From positions 42,848,401 through 42,912,400 of the forward strand of contig CM120641.1 in NCBI GenBank assembly GCA_051362555.1: a stretch of 64,000 nucleotides of DNA, in the 5' to 3' direction. This stretch comes from Lingula anatina (Eukaryota > Animalia > Brachiopoda). The translations under genes and the position numbers were made by a program. Below are positions 37,390-48,932 of the stretch, one piece after another (position 1 is the first letter of the stretch; each line of letters starts with the position of its first letter). Below the pieces are notes generated by a model. That model ran no database searches, was not told the origin of the DNA, and worked only from the letters and a program-made list of their open reading frames with translations.

Positions 37390-40300
37390 GAATGGTAAGA
37401 AGGTTGAAAATCAACTATGATTCGGATGAAAGTGAGTATGATTATATCCGGAAGTGCAGGCTGAAGGTACGAATCCCAGCGTAGCAAGCAGGAGGGTATG
37501 TTCTGTGTCGCTGAGAGTAAATTCACTTATTCGTAACAGTCCAAAAAATGCGAGGGCGAACATTGCAGCTACAAGGTGAGCCTCATATATAGAATCCGTA
37601 GTTTTTGGTAGTGTTTGAATAAGACTGGCTAGTACTGATAGGGTCACCGGAGACCTTGTATCCATGTACGGGTTCTTCTCTCCAGACCTTGTAAAGTCTA
37701 CTTAACGATAAAAGAGGCGGTTGGGTCAGGAATATTAGCCATTTTGTATTTGTAACTTAGAGCTGACATATGTGTTCTGATTGAGGATGTCTTGTAGCGG
37801 GAACTTAGAAATTGAACGAACAAAGCCGTGCCTGCTGGATTGGATGGGAAAGCACTGAAGTTTGTCTCTTGCTGAAAGTCGGCTAATAATTCGTTTATCT
37901 TGGAAAAGGTCCTTGCTGGATTTTTTGCGAGCGCATTCCTCAATGTGTGGTTCAAGTCCTCAGCAAGTTGGCTGGCAACCAAGCTGGTGGGATGGGAGTA
38001 GGGTCTGAATCTGCCTGAGGGCATAGTCTCCTGAAATCCTGTAATTTGGAGCAGGATAAGGCATCAGCCGCACAGTTTTTTACGCCTGGGATGTGGACAG
38101 CTCGAAAGTTAACATTGTTTGTAAGGCAATGTAAAATTAGTTTTCTAAGTAACCTCATGATAGAATGGTCCTTGGATGTACATTTGTTCAGTATAAAGAT
38201 TAAGCCTCATTGTCCATATATATTGTAATTTTTTTGTTCCTGATTTGTCCAGATGAGGAAGGCTAGAATGATAGGATACAATTCCAGGAAGGCAATATTT
38301 AGGTCTTTCAGTTCCTGAGGCCAGTTTCCATATAACCATTTTGTATCAAATGTTGCCCCAAAACTGAAACCTCCCGATGAATCCGTGTATATACATTCTG
38401 TAGGGGCAGATGACCATGTTTCATCGTAAAAGAAGCCTGCCCGTTAAATGATTGGAGAAATGATTTCACACAGGCCTCGTTATTGAGACAAATTTTGTAG
38501 TGTGGCAGAAGGCCCTACCAATGGGGATAATGAAACAACAGAAGTTCAGAAGGCCGATCATTGATTGCAGGTCATGGAGGGTTATCTTTTTCTTGGACTC
38601 ATGGATTTGTATTTGCTCTAGGCAGTTTTTTATCTTTTCTGGGGGTAAACGGGCTTCTTGTAGCACAGTGTCAAGTTCTATACCAGCAAAGGACATAGTT
38701 GTGGCAGGGGAGGTGGTCTTTTTTGGGGCCAGGGGTACACCTATGATTTCGCACTGGTTTTTAAAACGGTCAAGACGGTCCTGACATTCCTGTTTAGCCA
38801 GTATAAGAAAATCGTCCAGTAAGTGGAGGATGTCAGGTATGTCTAATTTTTCTTTGGCAATCCACTCTATTGCCGAACTAAAAATTTCAAACTTTTGGCA
38901 ACTGGAACGCAGCCCCATTGGGAGGTTTTTATAAAAGTAAAATTGGGACTCAAAGGAGAAACCCAGCAAAAAATGGTAATCTTTGTGTATAGATAAGATC
39001 CGGAATGCATTTTGGATGTCAGTCTTGACCATTAGGGATTTAGTGACTTGTATGGCATCCGAGACGGTGGCGTAGGACACTGAGGCAAATTCATCGTCAG
39101 TGCCGTCATTTACCGAGTGATGTTTAGGATAAGAGAGATTGTGAATAAAACAGAATTTTCCAGGGGTCTTCTTTGGAACTACAGAAACTGGGGATATGGT
39201 AAAAAAGGGGAAGGGGGGGATGGGAAAGGGGCCTGCTATTCGTCCAGCTTGGATTTCAGAATCGATCTTTTCCTTGAGTTTCTCAAAATGCTCATGTTTT
39301 TTAGATTTTTGTGAGGGAGAGTGAGGTAACTCTCCTTGGTTAGGGATGATAAATCCTTCTCTGAAGCCGTGAGTTAGAAATTTTATGATATGGGGATTGT
39401 AACCCTCCAAAAGGTTTTCCAATGCAGTGTGGTTTAGGGGGGTAACAATATTTTGATCCAAAGGTAATGAGGGCTTATTAATTTTGATAATTTCCAGAAT
39501 TGGGTTAGATGAATTTTTTGTGGAATTTGGGTTGGAAAATTTGGGACTTTTGGTGGCTAGAGAAGGTGTAATGGCTGTTGGGGAAGGGCTTTATGGGGTA
39601 AAGGGAAGTAAAATGTCTAGCTCCGGTTGAGTGGCATAAAGAGAGGGGGTGATCTTTGTTGCATAGATAGCATTTGTGCTGATATCTGCAACGGGTAAAT
39701 GAACATTTTCCTCTATTGAAGTTTTTACACACCTCAGGGGGGCGAAAATTGTCTAGTTTTGGGGTCCCCAGTGAGTGACCATAAACTATGGGGTCATCCT
39801 CCTCCCACTTGATGCCTTCGCTGCCTCGTTTTTAGCCGGAACCTCTCATCGTAAACCCTCCAATTTGCTACTTTGTTAGGGAACATCGCGATAACCCTAT
39901 GGGCATAAACCAAAAGGGGGATGGCTTGATCAGGGAATTTTTGTAGATAGATGGCCAAAAAGATTTGCCATGCTTGGCAACACTGGAAGGAGGTCAAATC
40001 AAATTTCTTGGGAGAAGGGGCAAGGATCATTGTGATCTGGCCTTCCTCGTTCCATTCAGTTTGCGTTGAGCAAATTTCAGGTTTATCCTCCCTGCTTGGT
40101 GCCAAAGAGTCAGGGGGAAGAAGGTCTTTCAGATTAACGAATTCATCATCCCAAATTTTTGATCTTAATTTGTGATTTACATGGTGGTCAATTGAAGTTC
40201 TGGGAATTTTCTTACCTTGCTGAGAATCCGGAAATTGGGCTAGGGCATATGTGAAGTCATGTTGTGGCGTCTGATGTGCAAAATTTTGGTGGGGCATTTG

Positions 40301-40400
40301 GTAAGGGGCGATGTATTGAGGGAGAAAAGGTTGGGGGGCATGGAATTGGATTGGTAGTAGGGGGATGGGTTGACGGGGACAGTTTTGAGATCAAATTCTT
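37390..40400 (-). mobile_element. Tyrosine-recombinase retrotransposon (order DIRS, Ngaro-like): gag ~40330-39505, RT 39461-38466, RNase H ~38460-37952, partial YR ~37950-37411; frameshifted and 3'-truncated
   Basis: RT: PVSVVPKK, HNLSYP..SVND, KTDIQNAFR, LPMGLRSSC, HLLDDFL. RNase H: YTDSSG, AVHIPGVKNCAADALS. YR: MFALAFFGLLRISEFT. Gag CCCH finger CKNFNRGKCSFTRCRYQHKC. Confidence 0.92.
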
Positions 40401-40709
40401 GAACTTCTAATAGAGAATAAAAATAGTATTTGGTGTATCTATTATTTCTTGTATTGTTAATGAAGTATAAAATCTGAAGTTATAGTATAGTAGTATTGTA
40501 TTTGGCGTTATTGATTTCATTACATGTACTTATATATATATATATATATTTGGAAAAGATATCAGTAATTCATAATGATACTGATTTTTTGTAACAAATT
40601 CTCTTACCATTTGCTTGTTGATTTTGACCACTTTCTAAGTCTGCTTCCAGAGCATCTACATTTGTGAAGCTTCTTAGTGGCAAATTATAACAGTCATCCT
40701 CATAATTGT

Positions 40710-42225
40710 CTTTTTTTTTCATCAAGATGCTTCTGGGTTAAAAGGGTCTTCAGCAGTTTTGGGTTGGTCTGTACTTGTTCTCTGATTTGCTCCAGGGAAG
40801 TCAGTAACTTAATTTGAAACTCTGTAAGTCAACAGGGTATATTGCCCACAAATAAAAAAGAATGGAAAAAATGTTGCTGCTATATATGCTATATATATGA
40901 TAGCAAATATATGTTCCTGTCAATTCCTATGATAGTAAATACATGTTCCTATCAATTCTTCTGATGCCATTAAAGTCAAAGCCTTATTGTCCTCCTTTCC
41001 CAGCCAGTTGAATTTTGTAGCCAACTCATTGCCCAAAATCTTGGTCATGACCCGATGTACTGTTTGTTTTTATGTATCAACACCGGTGAAACTCAGGACA
41101 CTTATCTACTAGAAGATATGACGTGGAAATGGTCCTCACCTTTGTGAGATTTTAATTAAGATTTATAGCTGAGTGTCTTTGAATTTATTCCATCGAAAGC
41201 AGGTTTTGGATGGGCGAAAGGGCTGCTCCTGTGTTTTTGGATGAAAGTAATTTCGGCCAGCAGCACTGCGTCAGGGACCTCCCACTTGTAACACATGGAC
41301 TTGAAGTTGGCCCGGAAGCGTTCGTCATAAGATCGCCAGAAGGAGACCTTATTTGCATACATCTTAACTATCCTATTGTTAAATTGCAGAAGATTGAGCA
41401 ATTGATGGGGGAATTTTTGGATGTAAATAGCAGAAAAAATATTGAAAGCCACTTGCCATTGCGGGAAGGTTAGTGATGAGCTCTTTTAAGTGACTGGGGC
41501 CAAAATGAGGGTCAGGTTGCCTTCTGCATCTGTCTTTTTCAGTTGGATGAATTGCTCATCATCGATGGTGTCGAAGGGTGTCAGTGTGTTGGAAGTATGG
41601 GGTAATAAGTCTCTAAGTGACACATACTCGTTGTCCCAGATCTTTTGGCATAAGGTTTTAAATATGTGATGGTCCAAGTCTGCCTACCTTCCTGTTGGCC
41701 CAAGGGGCCATCCTGGAGTGGTTGTTTGCCCTGTCGCCTGTTCCCCTGTGGGATGAAGTGGTGCTTGTGTGGTGAATTGGCCTGCCTGGGTGGGAGGGCC
41801 CATGTACCCCTAATTTTGTAATGTTGGCATGTGGCCTTGGCTGTGAGTTTGGGTAGCGGTGGCATCACTTTGCTAGAAAGTTGACGTGCTTCCTGAGGCA
41901 ACAGCTGTGGCTGGCATTGGGTGTGTCATAGGTTGGGGGCCAAGGTCCGTATACCTTGGCACCGTGGGTCCTGTTTCTGTTTGTATGGCGCCCACGGAGG
42001 TCACCATGGTCACCATCTTCATAATTGTCCTTTTTTTCATCAAGATGCTTCTGGGTTTAAAGGGTCTGCAGCAGTTTTGGGTTGGTCTTTACTTGTTCTT
42101 TGATTTGCTCCAGGGAAGTCAGTAACTTAATTTGAAACTCTGCAAGCCAAAAGGGTATATTGATAGCAAATATATGTTCCTGTCAATTCTTATGCCATTA
42201 AGGTCAAAGCCCTCTTATCCACCTT
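40710..42225. repeat. Direct repeat pair ~40710-40990 and ~42030-42225
   Basis: catcaagatgcttctgggtt.aaagggtct.cagcagttttgggttggtct...ccagggaagtcagtaacttaatttgaaactctg and gatagcaaatatatgttcctgtcaattc occur in both; coordinates span both copies. Confidence 0.85.
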
Positions 42226-43283
42226 TGTTAGACAAAGGTGGGCATTGGACTTGATTCACTTGACAAATGTGTAAAAAGAGTAATCCCTTTTTATATATGG
42301 TGGTGTCCTGACTAAGGGAAGGCACTGGTGACTGCTTAAGTGTTAGGATTCATAGGCATTTGTTGTCTGCTTGGATTCATGGCGGTAGCCTGATCACTCA
42401 CTGTGGGCTCTTGACTTCTGGCTTGCAGTAAGGAATGTTAGGTTGGCTGCGGTATACTTGTGTAGGTTGGCGACGGCAAAGTTTCTGTCATTGAAGTTGC
42501 TGTGGCCCATGTCAGCTGTGGACTTATATTATACTGACTCACCAACATCCCCACTGATTGATCTTAGTTTGTCTTTTAAGTTGTCTCTTTCAGTTTTTCT
42601 GTTTGCAGCTGTAAATCTTCTTGTTTCTCTTGGTGTAAATTTTTTCATTTTTTCCGGGATCTTTCCTTTTAACAGTTACAATTAAAAGGTTGGTCACTCC
42701 ACCAAATTATCAGTGAGAGATGCCAGTGTCAGTAACAACAGAACTGCCGTCTCGGTTCCAAAATCAAAAAGGTTGCTTTATTCAATTTCAATCTGATATT
42801 TATTACAAATTGCTAGCCAAAATAACATTTTTTAATGTTTATCTCTTTTACTTTCCATTGAGAAACTCTGGAAGATAACTTTCACACACATCTAATGAAT
42901 GCCAACACATCTTTTACTTTTGACTTCATTCAAGTATGTGTGAATAAAATACTTCCACAGCCCTCAGCTTTGCACCCAAATAACCTTATCATAAATGGTC
43001 AAGTTCATCTTTCTGTACTTCCGAAGCAATGCCAGCATACTTCTGTTTCTGTGGCAGTTGTGCAAGCAGTTCGCCTTGCTCTTCAAAAGAGGGTCTTCCT
43101 TTTATCCACCTTCCCCAGCCAGTTGAATTTTGTGGCCAACTCATTGCCCAAAATCTTGGCCATGACCCGACGTACTGCTTGTTTTAATGTATCAACACCG
43201 GTGAAACTCGGGACATTAATCTACTAGTGGATATGAAGTGGAAATGGTTCTCACCTTTGTGAGATTTTAATTAACATTTATAG
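40995..43283 (-). repeat. Direct repeat pair 40995-41168 and 43110-43283 encoding a DUF4806/BEN-like transposon accessory fragment
   Basis: Shared cccagccagttgaattttgt.gccaactcattgcccaaaatcttgg.catgacccga...gattttaattaa. Minus-strand translation VRRVMAKILGNELATKFNWLGK; coordinates span both copies. Confidence 0.75.
41170..42030 (-). mobile_element. Ngaro/DIRS-type gag-like ORF1 relic (copy D)
   Basis: MDHHIFKTLCQKIWDNEYVSLRDLLP...AFNIFSAIYIQKFP..LLQFNNRI..WRSYDERFR..WEVPD. Confidence 0.8.
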
Positions 43284-43299
43284 AGTGTCTTCCTCGTTT

Positions 43300-43625
43300 T
43301 CTTTTTTTACCAACACCTGCAGAGGTCAAGCTGTTTGCAACCTGCGATTAAAACTTTCGAAGAGGCATAACTAAATTCTTTCCCAGGCCCAATTCTTCTA
43401 CATGTAACCTTCTGTAAAGAAACCATGCATTGACAAGGGGCCATTGTAAGGGAATGTGTGAAAATGTACATGTACCATCTTTTACAGCGATAGGGGTAAC
43501 AGTACAGATTGGTACACATGTTGAGGAGGTCAATACCTCCCATAAACTTGTTGTATTCAATCGGGTATGATAAAGTAGAATGCCCTGCTGACCTAGAGAA
43601 ATTGCCTGGTTTGTTTCTCACTTCA
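43300..43625 (-). mobile_element. piggyBac transposase C-terminal relic
   Basis: YNKFMGGIDLLN..NLY...RCKRWYMYIF.H.L..., then frameshifted LVNAWFLYRR...MPLRKF. Confidence 0.9.
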
Positions 43626-43699
43626 TTTTTCCATCTCTTTCAGTCCTCCTAAAATAGATTTTCAAGCCAGTGGTTTCTTGAGGTCATAGACTTCTATGT

Positions 43700-44400
43700 G
43701 TGGGGCCATATTTGGTTGTCTCTCATTGTACAGAGTATGGCCATTTAGACAGTCAAACATCTTGTCAAATTCAAAGATCTTGTCAAATTGTGAATAAAAT
43801 TCACGGTTTCCGTAGTTTTTGCTCCGCCATATATCAATGTGTCTGTCTGCTGAATCTTGGCAAGCGCTTTGTAAACTTGACAGCTGTTCTTTATCATCTT
43901 AATCATTCTCCTTACTTCTGATATCTGAAATATCTAATTTTTCCCTAATTTCAGGGTCCAGAGCCTCAACGTCATCGGGGTCCTCATCAGTCATATCTAA
44001 AAACATGTCTACCTCTTCATTAGACTCTTATTTTGCTAGCTTTTTCAAACAAGTCCTCTGCATCACAGGCATCCTCATCCGAGTCTGACGACAATGTGTC
44101 ATGACTCCGTTTCTTACTGTTACTACCAGTGTGGGCAGTCTGAGGGGCCTTAACCACACCCTCCTCATCAGAGTCTGATGACACTGCATCATGACTATTA
44201 CTTTCAGAGTGGGCAGTCTGAGGAGCCACAGAGTGTACCCCACTGGAGTGAGCCTTGCTCATCACCATCCATGCCTCACTCATACTGGCCATGGCCCTGG
44301 CCATTTTAGTAAAGTTTGCGTCTATATTGCTTATATATTCATTCATCCCAGTTACTGAAGAATTTTTCTCCTCTTCTAGTGTTTTTTTTGTGATTCCCCC
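43700..44400 (-). pseudogene. Decayed acidic ORF with an internal duplication, possibly ORF1/gag of another retroelement
   Basis: ORF 44020-44346 with APQTAHSESNSHDAVSSDSDEE / APQTAHTGSNSKKRSHDTLSSDSDED, continuing through stops to ~43700. No diagnostic motif recognised. Confidence 0.35.
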
Positions 44401-46365
44401 ATTTTACACATCATGTACAGTCCACATAAGTTAAATAAAGAATCTCCGAAAGTCACAATAGACAGGATACTAAAAATTGCAAGAGAACAATAACCCAATA
44501 TAAAAAACCTAGATAAATAAGAAAGCAATTGACTCAAAGACCAGAGGTAAGAAAATGCGTCCTACTGATATCACAACTAGGATCACAATTGACTAGCAGC
44601 TGGGCTTCCCCCATCTCATGTTACTCCTGATTGACTGACGTGTGAGGTAGAATTTAGCATGGTTCAATATATTCTAAGATGTGCTACGGTAATTCTCCAA
44701 TCTATACGAACGCCGCAATAATTACGAACGGAACGTTTTTTCTCTGAATCTGAATTTTTTGTCTCCGTTCTGTACGAACGATCGCTAAACTCACCTTGGG
44801 CACAATTTAAATTTTCCGAACGCAAGAAAGTGTGCCCAATTGAAACTCGTATTCACTTTTGATTAGAGAAAGTCACAGACAGCAACTGGATTTTATGATA
44901 GCCACAACTTCATAGTTGAATGATTTTTTAGAATAATTTTTATTTTAGCCTTATCAATGATGCCATCTTTGTTGAATGCTATCATTGGTCCAGAGAAATT
45001 TGTTAGCATTTATGCCACTAGTTTTTTCAGAGCAGGATACCATTAAGGGAACTATTTAATAAAAATATTAGAGATTGAATTGTTCTGCTGTTCTCAAACA
45101 TGATATAAATCACTTTTCAAATCAACTTTCAGTTTTAATAGTGGTACAGCTTTTCTCTTAGATAATAGATGCTGGTGTCAAGAAACAACAAAACTGCCGT
45201 CTCAGTTCCAAAATCAAAAAGGTGTCTCTATTCAATTTTAATCATTTATTTATAATAATTTGTTAGTCAAAATAACATTTTTTCATGTATATCTTTTTTT
45301 ACTTTTTGCTGAAAAACTCTGGAAGTTAGCTCTCACACATACCTAATGAATGCCAACATATCTTTTACTTTCGACTTCATTAAGTACATGTGAATAGAAT
45401 ACTTCCACAGTCACTCAGCTTTGAACCCAAATAAACCTTATCATAAAAATACTTGTGTGTCGCATACAGTGATCGATGAGTAGTTGTAACTGTTTTATAC
45501 CGTGATTGGCGCTTCAAACAATAGGAAGAATGCATCGAAGCACATGAAAATACAGGCAAGCAAGCCTGTATGCAAAATACAAATGCATTTATCTTATTGT
45601 TCGAAGCACCAGGCGTGGTATAAGTCATATTAATGCATGAATACTTATCATTGATGAATGTTACTGTTATACTGTTGCTATAGTTCTTGCCTTTCAAAAA
45701 TAAACTATGACTTGCATAAGTCACATTAATTATTATTAATAATTGTTATAGCAGAGGTAGTCTATAAATAATAATCCAGTGTATATGGTAATTCAGTTAC
45801 ATTTATTTTACATTATATGAAGGATTTTAATAAATGTTTAATCAAAAATTTAACTTCATTTGGACTTAAAATGTGTTTGTGTGTGTGTGCATACATATAT
45901 ATACTATATTCTGAATGAAAATAAAAATATCAAAATGCTGTTTTATGTCATTTATTCATTACATTTTACTACTGATATTTATAATAATAGAATCTTTTTC
46001 TGTTTACTGTTAAAGATATACACGGTAATAAACACCTAAGGTACAAAATGTCAAAGACAAAATCTGTCTAGACTGGCTAGTTGTGTGACTTTCAAGATAA
46101 GATAGAATACTTTATTATACAGTTTGTTTACTTTATTTTTATGTTCAGATCTATATAACTTCAAAAACCTTTTGCCTAATATGGCACCTATTATATACTA
46201 CTATACCATAACATAGTGAGTACTGTAGTCTACTTTTGTTGAATGTACAGACATACTAAAATGTGCACAAACTCAGGGAACGTTTAAAATTTTAAACTCG
46301 TGGGAGAAGGGTGCCTCTGTATATTATTTCATTAGCTTCTAAGTAGTGCTATGAAACATTTGTCA

Positions 46366-48077
46366 TTAATGATCATTACATAATCTCTGTACTTCTTTTT
46401 CGAGTTCAAACAAGTATGAATCCTCTATTCCTGTCATTATTTTTCTAAATGCCTTAGCTAGTTCAAACAAATATTCTGTATTTTTTCCACTTGGTCCTTC
46501 GCTTACTGATATAATTTTTGCAGTCTCACTAATAGGTTCTGGACCGATGTAGAAAGGGTTATCTGCTTCACCCATGAATACTAATAGTTCCTTTGGCTCC
46601 ATAGTGGGCTCTAGAGGATGGAACACCACTGGTGTGGCTGTATAACCTCCTTTCTCCCTGAAGTCCAGGTGCTTTCTCACTGGATCTATGTTATCAGCAT
46701 GTATCCTGTATGCAACTCCCCATACTTTTTCCTTCAGTAACAAAATAGAAGATATTGTTATATACAGATGGTGAGAAGTGTTCATATGAGTAGTAGTAGT
46801 AGTGCCAGTAGTTTATTAATATTATTATCGTTTAATATTGACTAATGCATATAATATATATCAACTAGTACACTCATTCTTAAATGGTCCATTGGGGCCT
46901 GTAAATCACCTACTACTTACATATATTACTAACTTATGTATGGAGTAGACTATATATTTAACCAGGATACTGAGTTTGTGGCAGTTAACTGACTAAATGA
47001 TCTTTCAGTAGTTAAGATATTTTCAGATTGTGAGTTTTAACATCAATAAAGTTTTTTAAAATAATATGCAACATTGTAATGTTTTCCTTGCAAATTTTGC
47101 AGTAAACATCAAAATAACAGTGGGAGTTAAAGGGTGCAAATTTTCTTAAAATAAGTTTTAAAGTGTAATTTTGATTTTGCTGTAGCCTCAAAGACATACA
47201 GTTCTTAAGTTAGGGCTTTCTTTCCCATGACTTGAAAACCTTTTTACAAACAGATGTTAACATGCGCATAAGTTATGGCAAAATAAAGCTTACAAAGTTA
47301 AATAAGTGGTGCTAGTAAAATTACCTCACGATCCTCTGACTTCACCAATACAACCACTCGACCAGGCTATAATTAAGACAACAATATTTTCTGTTATATT
47401 TAGACAAATTGCCAAAAGAAGAGATCTAAAATGTCTAAAAAGAGATCTGATCCAGATGAATGAAAAGATGCATTCAGAGTTATTTTAACAAACAACACCT
47501 TGGCATTATTAACATCAAGAAATATATACAGACACTATGTAAGGCACTCCATAAATGTAGATAATATACCGGGTATAAATAGCTTGTTTCCTTATCACAT
47601 ATAGTATCCATGATTAACTATCTTGGTTGCCCCCACCCCTCCCCCCATGATATGAAGCCCTCCTCTTTAATTTAAAGGGTAGCCCCTGGATTTGCTGGAT
47701 TTTTGCCTATCTGTTCTAAAGCAGAATTTCAGTGGAGATAATGGAATGGCTGGTTCTTTTTACCTTCAGTGCTTCATTAACATTTGCCTCACTTTTTGGG
47801 CTTACGTACTGCCCAAGGTAGGTGCATGAAACGAACACAACAATGTAAAGCAGAAAATTAGAGACAACCTACAGTACATGTACAGGTACTACTGTTTAAA
47901 TGTCCATACGTTATGGGCTTTTCACCTTGACACAAATCTTACATTTCCTGGCACGCCTCGATGATCTTCACTGGCTTGCCAAAATCGTCTGCGAAAACCC
48001 TTAATGTACCCAACCACTTTTTGCTCATAAGGAAAATCAACTTTCCATATCAGTGAACCATACCCGAAGATCCACAT
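46366..48077 (-). CDS. CHAC2: Glutathione-specific gamma-glutamylcyclotransferase ChaC2, 180 aa. Exons 48077-47943, 47366-47325, 46731-46366
   Basis: [17 protein letters not shown]...[50 protein letters not shown]. Short N-terminus as in CHAC2; CDS totals 543 nt. Confidence 0.93.
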
Positions 48078-48932
48078 ATTTGTCAACTGCTCTGTCACGC
48101 CACACCGGATGTTTACGTTTTGATACTAGCGCACGCGCACAACCCATGATTGATTGAATTTTGCTGGAGGTAGACACAGTTCCCCAATACTATTTTCCTT
48201 TGTGCTTTTGAGCTACTGCTCAAGTATTGTTTTAGTTTGTTTAACCTATGGTGTTTCACGGAAAAAAGAAGCTGGGTCGATTTTTTTATAGGCCCCTAGA
48301 TCTACGGTGCGAGCAATTATTAAGTTTTACCTGGGTTTAAAATAATATGTAGGCCCTAAAACTTTTTTAAAATGTTTTACTATTAGGCCTATTTTGGATT
48401 TTTTTAGCGTTATAATAGTTGTCTTAAATCACGATCCTTAGTTTTCTTTCTTCATATACAATGCAATGTGGCGTCTTATTAGCTAAAGTGAATAAAAAGA
48501 TAACTAAGACACTTTTTTAATTAATCTTTTTATTGTCCCTTCATTCATGTATTTATTATGCATTGATGTTATTTGAGCAATTAGGCCTACTTGTCTTTTC
48601 TTAAGTGACCTGAAAGATTCGTTATTACGAAATGGAGCGGGTTTCACAATTATCTTGATTTCACCTGAACTGAATCAGTGCTGTGAAGTCTGTAGACTCT
48701 TAAGTAAACTCTAACATCAAACTGTGACCAAACTGTGAAATTATCAAATGTTTTCACTCAGTGGAAAGGTGAATTTACAGCCGTTAAGTAACATGACCCT
48801 AATATTAAAAATCATCCACACAGTGAACACTCGGTGCATTTTAAACCAGAAATAAAGTGGAAATTGTATACAAATTAATTAAGAATTAAACGAGTTCCTG
48901 TTGTCTCTTTTTAACGGATGTTTATGCTATCA

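Larger units (their letters stand above)
42720..45445 (-). repeat. Direct repeat pair ~42720-42992 and ~45167-45445, possibly the extreme C-terminus of a CACTA transposase
   Basis: aactgccgtctc.gttccaaaatcaaaaagg...aaactctggaag...ctaatgaatgccaaca.atcttttactt...atacttccacag is present twice; minus strand reads KLSSRVSQWKVKEINIKKC. The repeat is certain, the family is tentative. Confidence 0.7.

Noticed and set aside
44686-44900. Possible Tc1/mariner-type end (TA-cggtaattctcc)
   Set aside because: No matching opposite TIR found.
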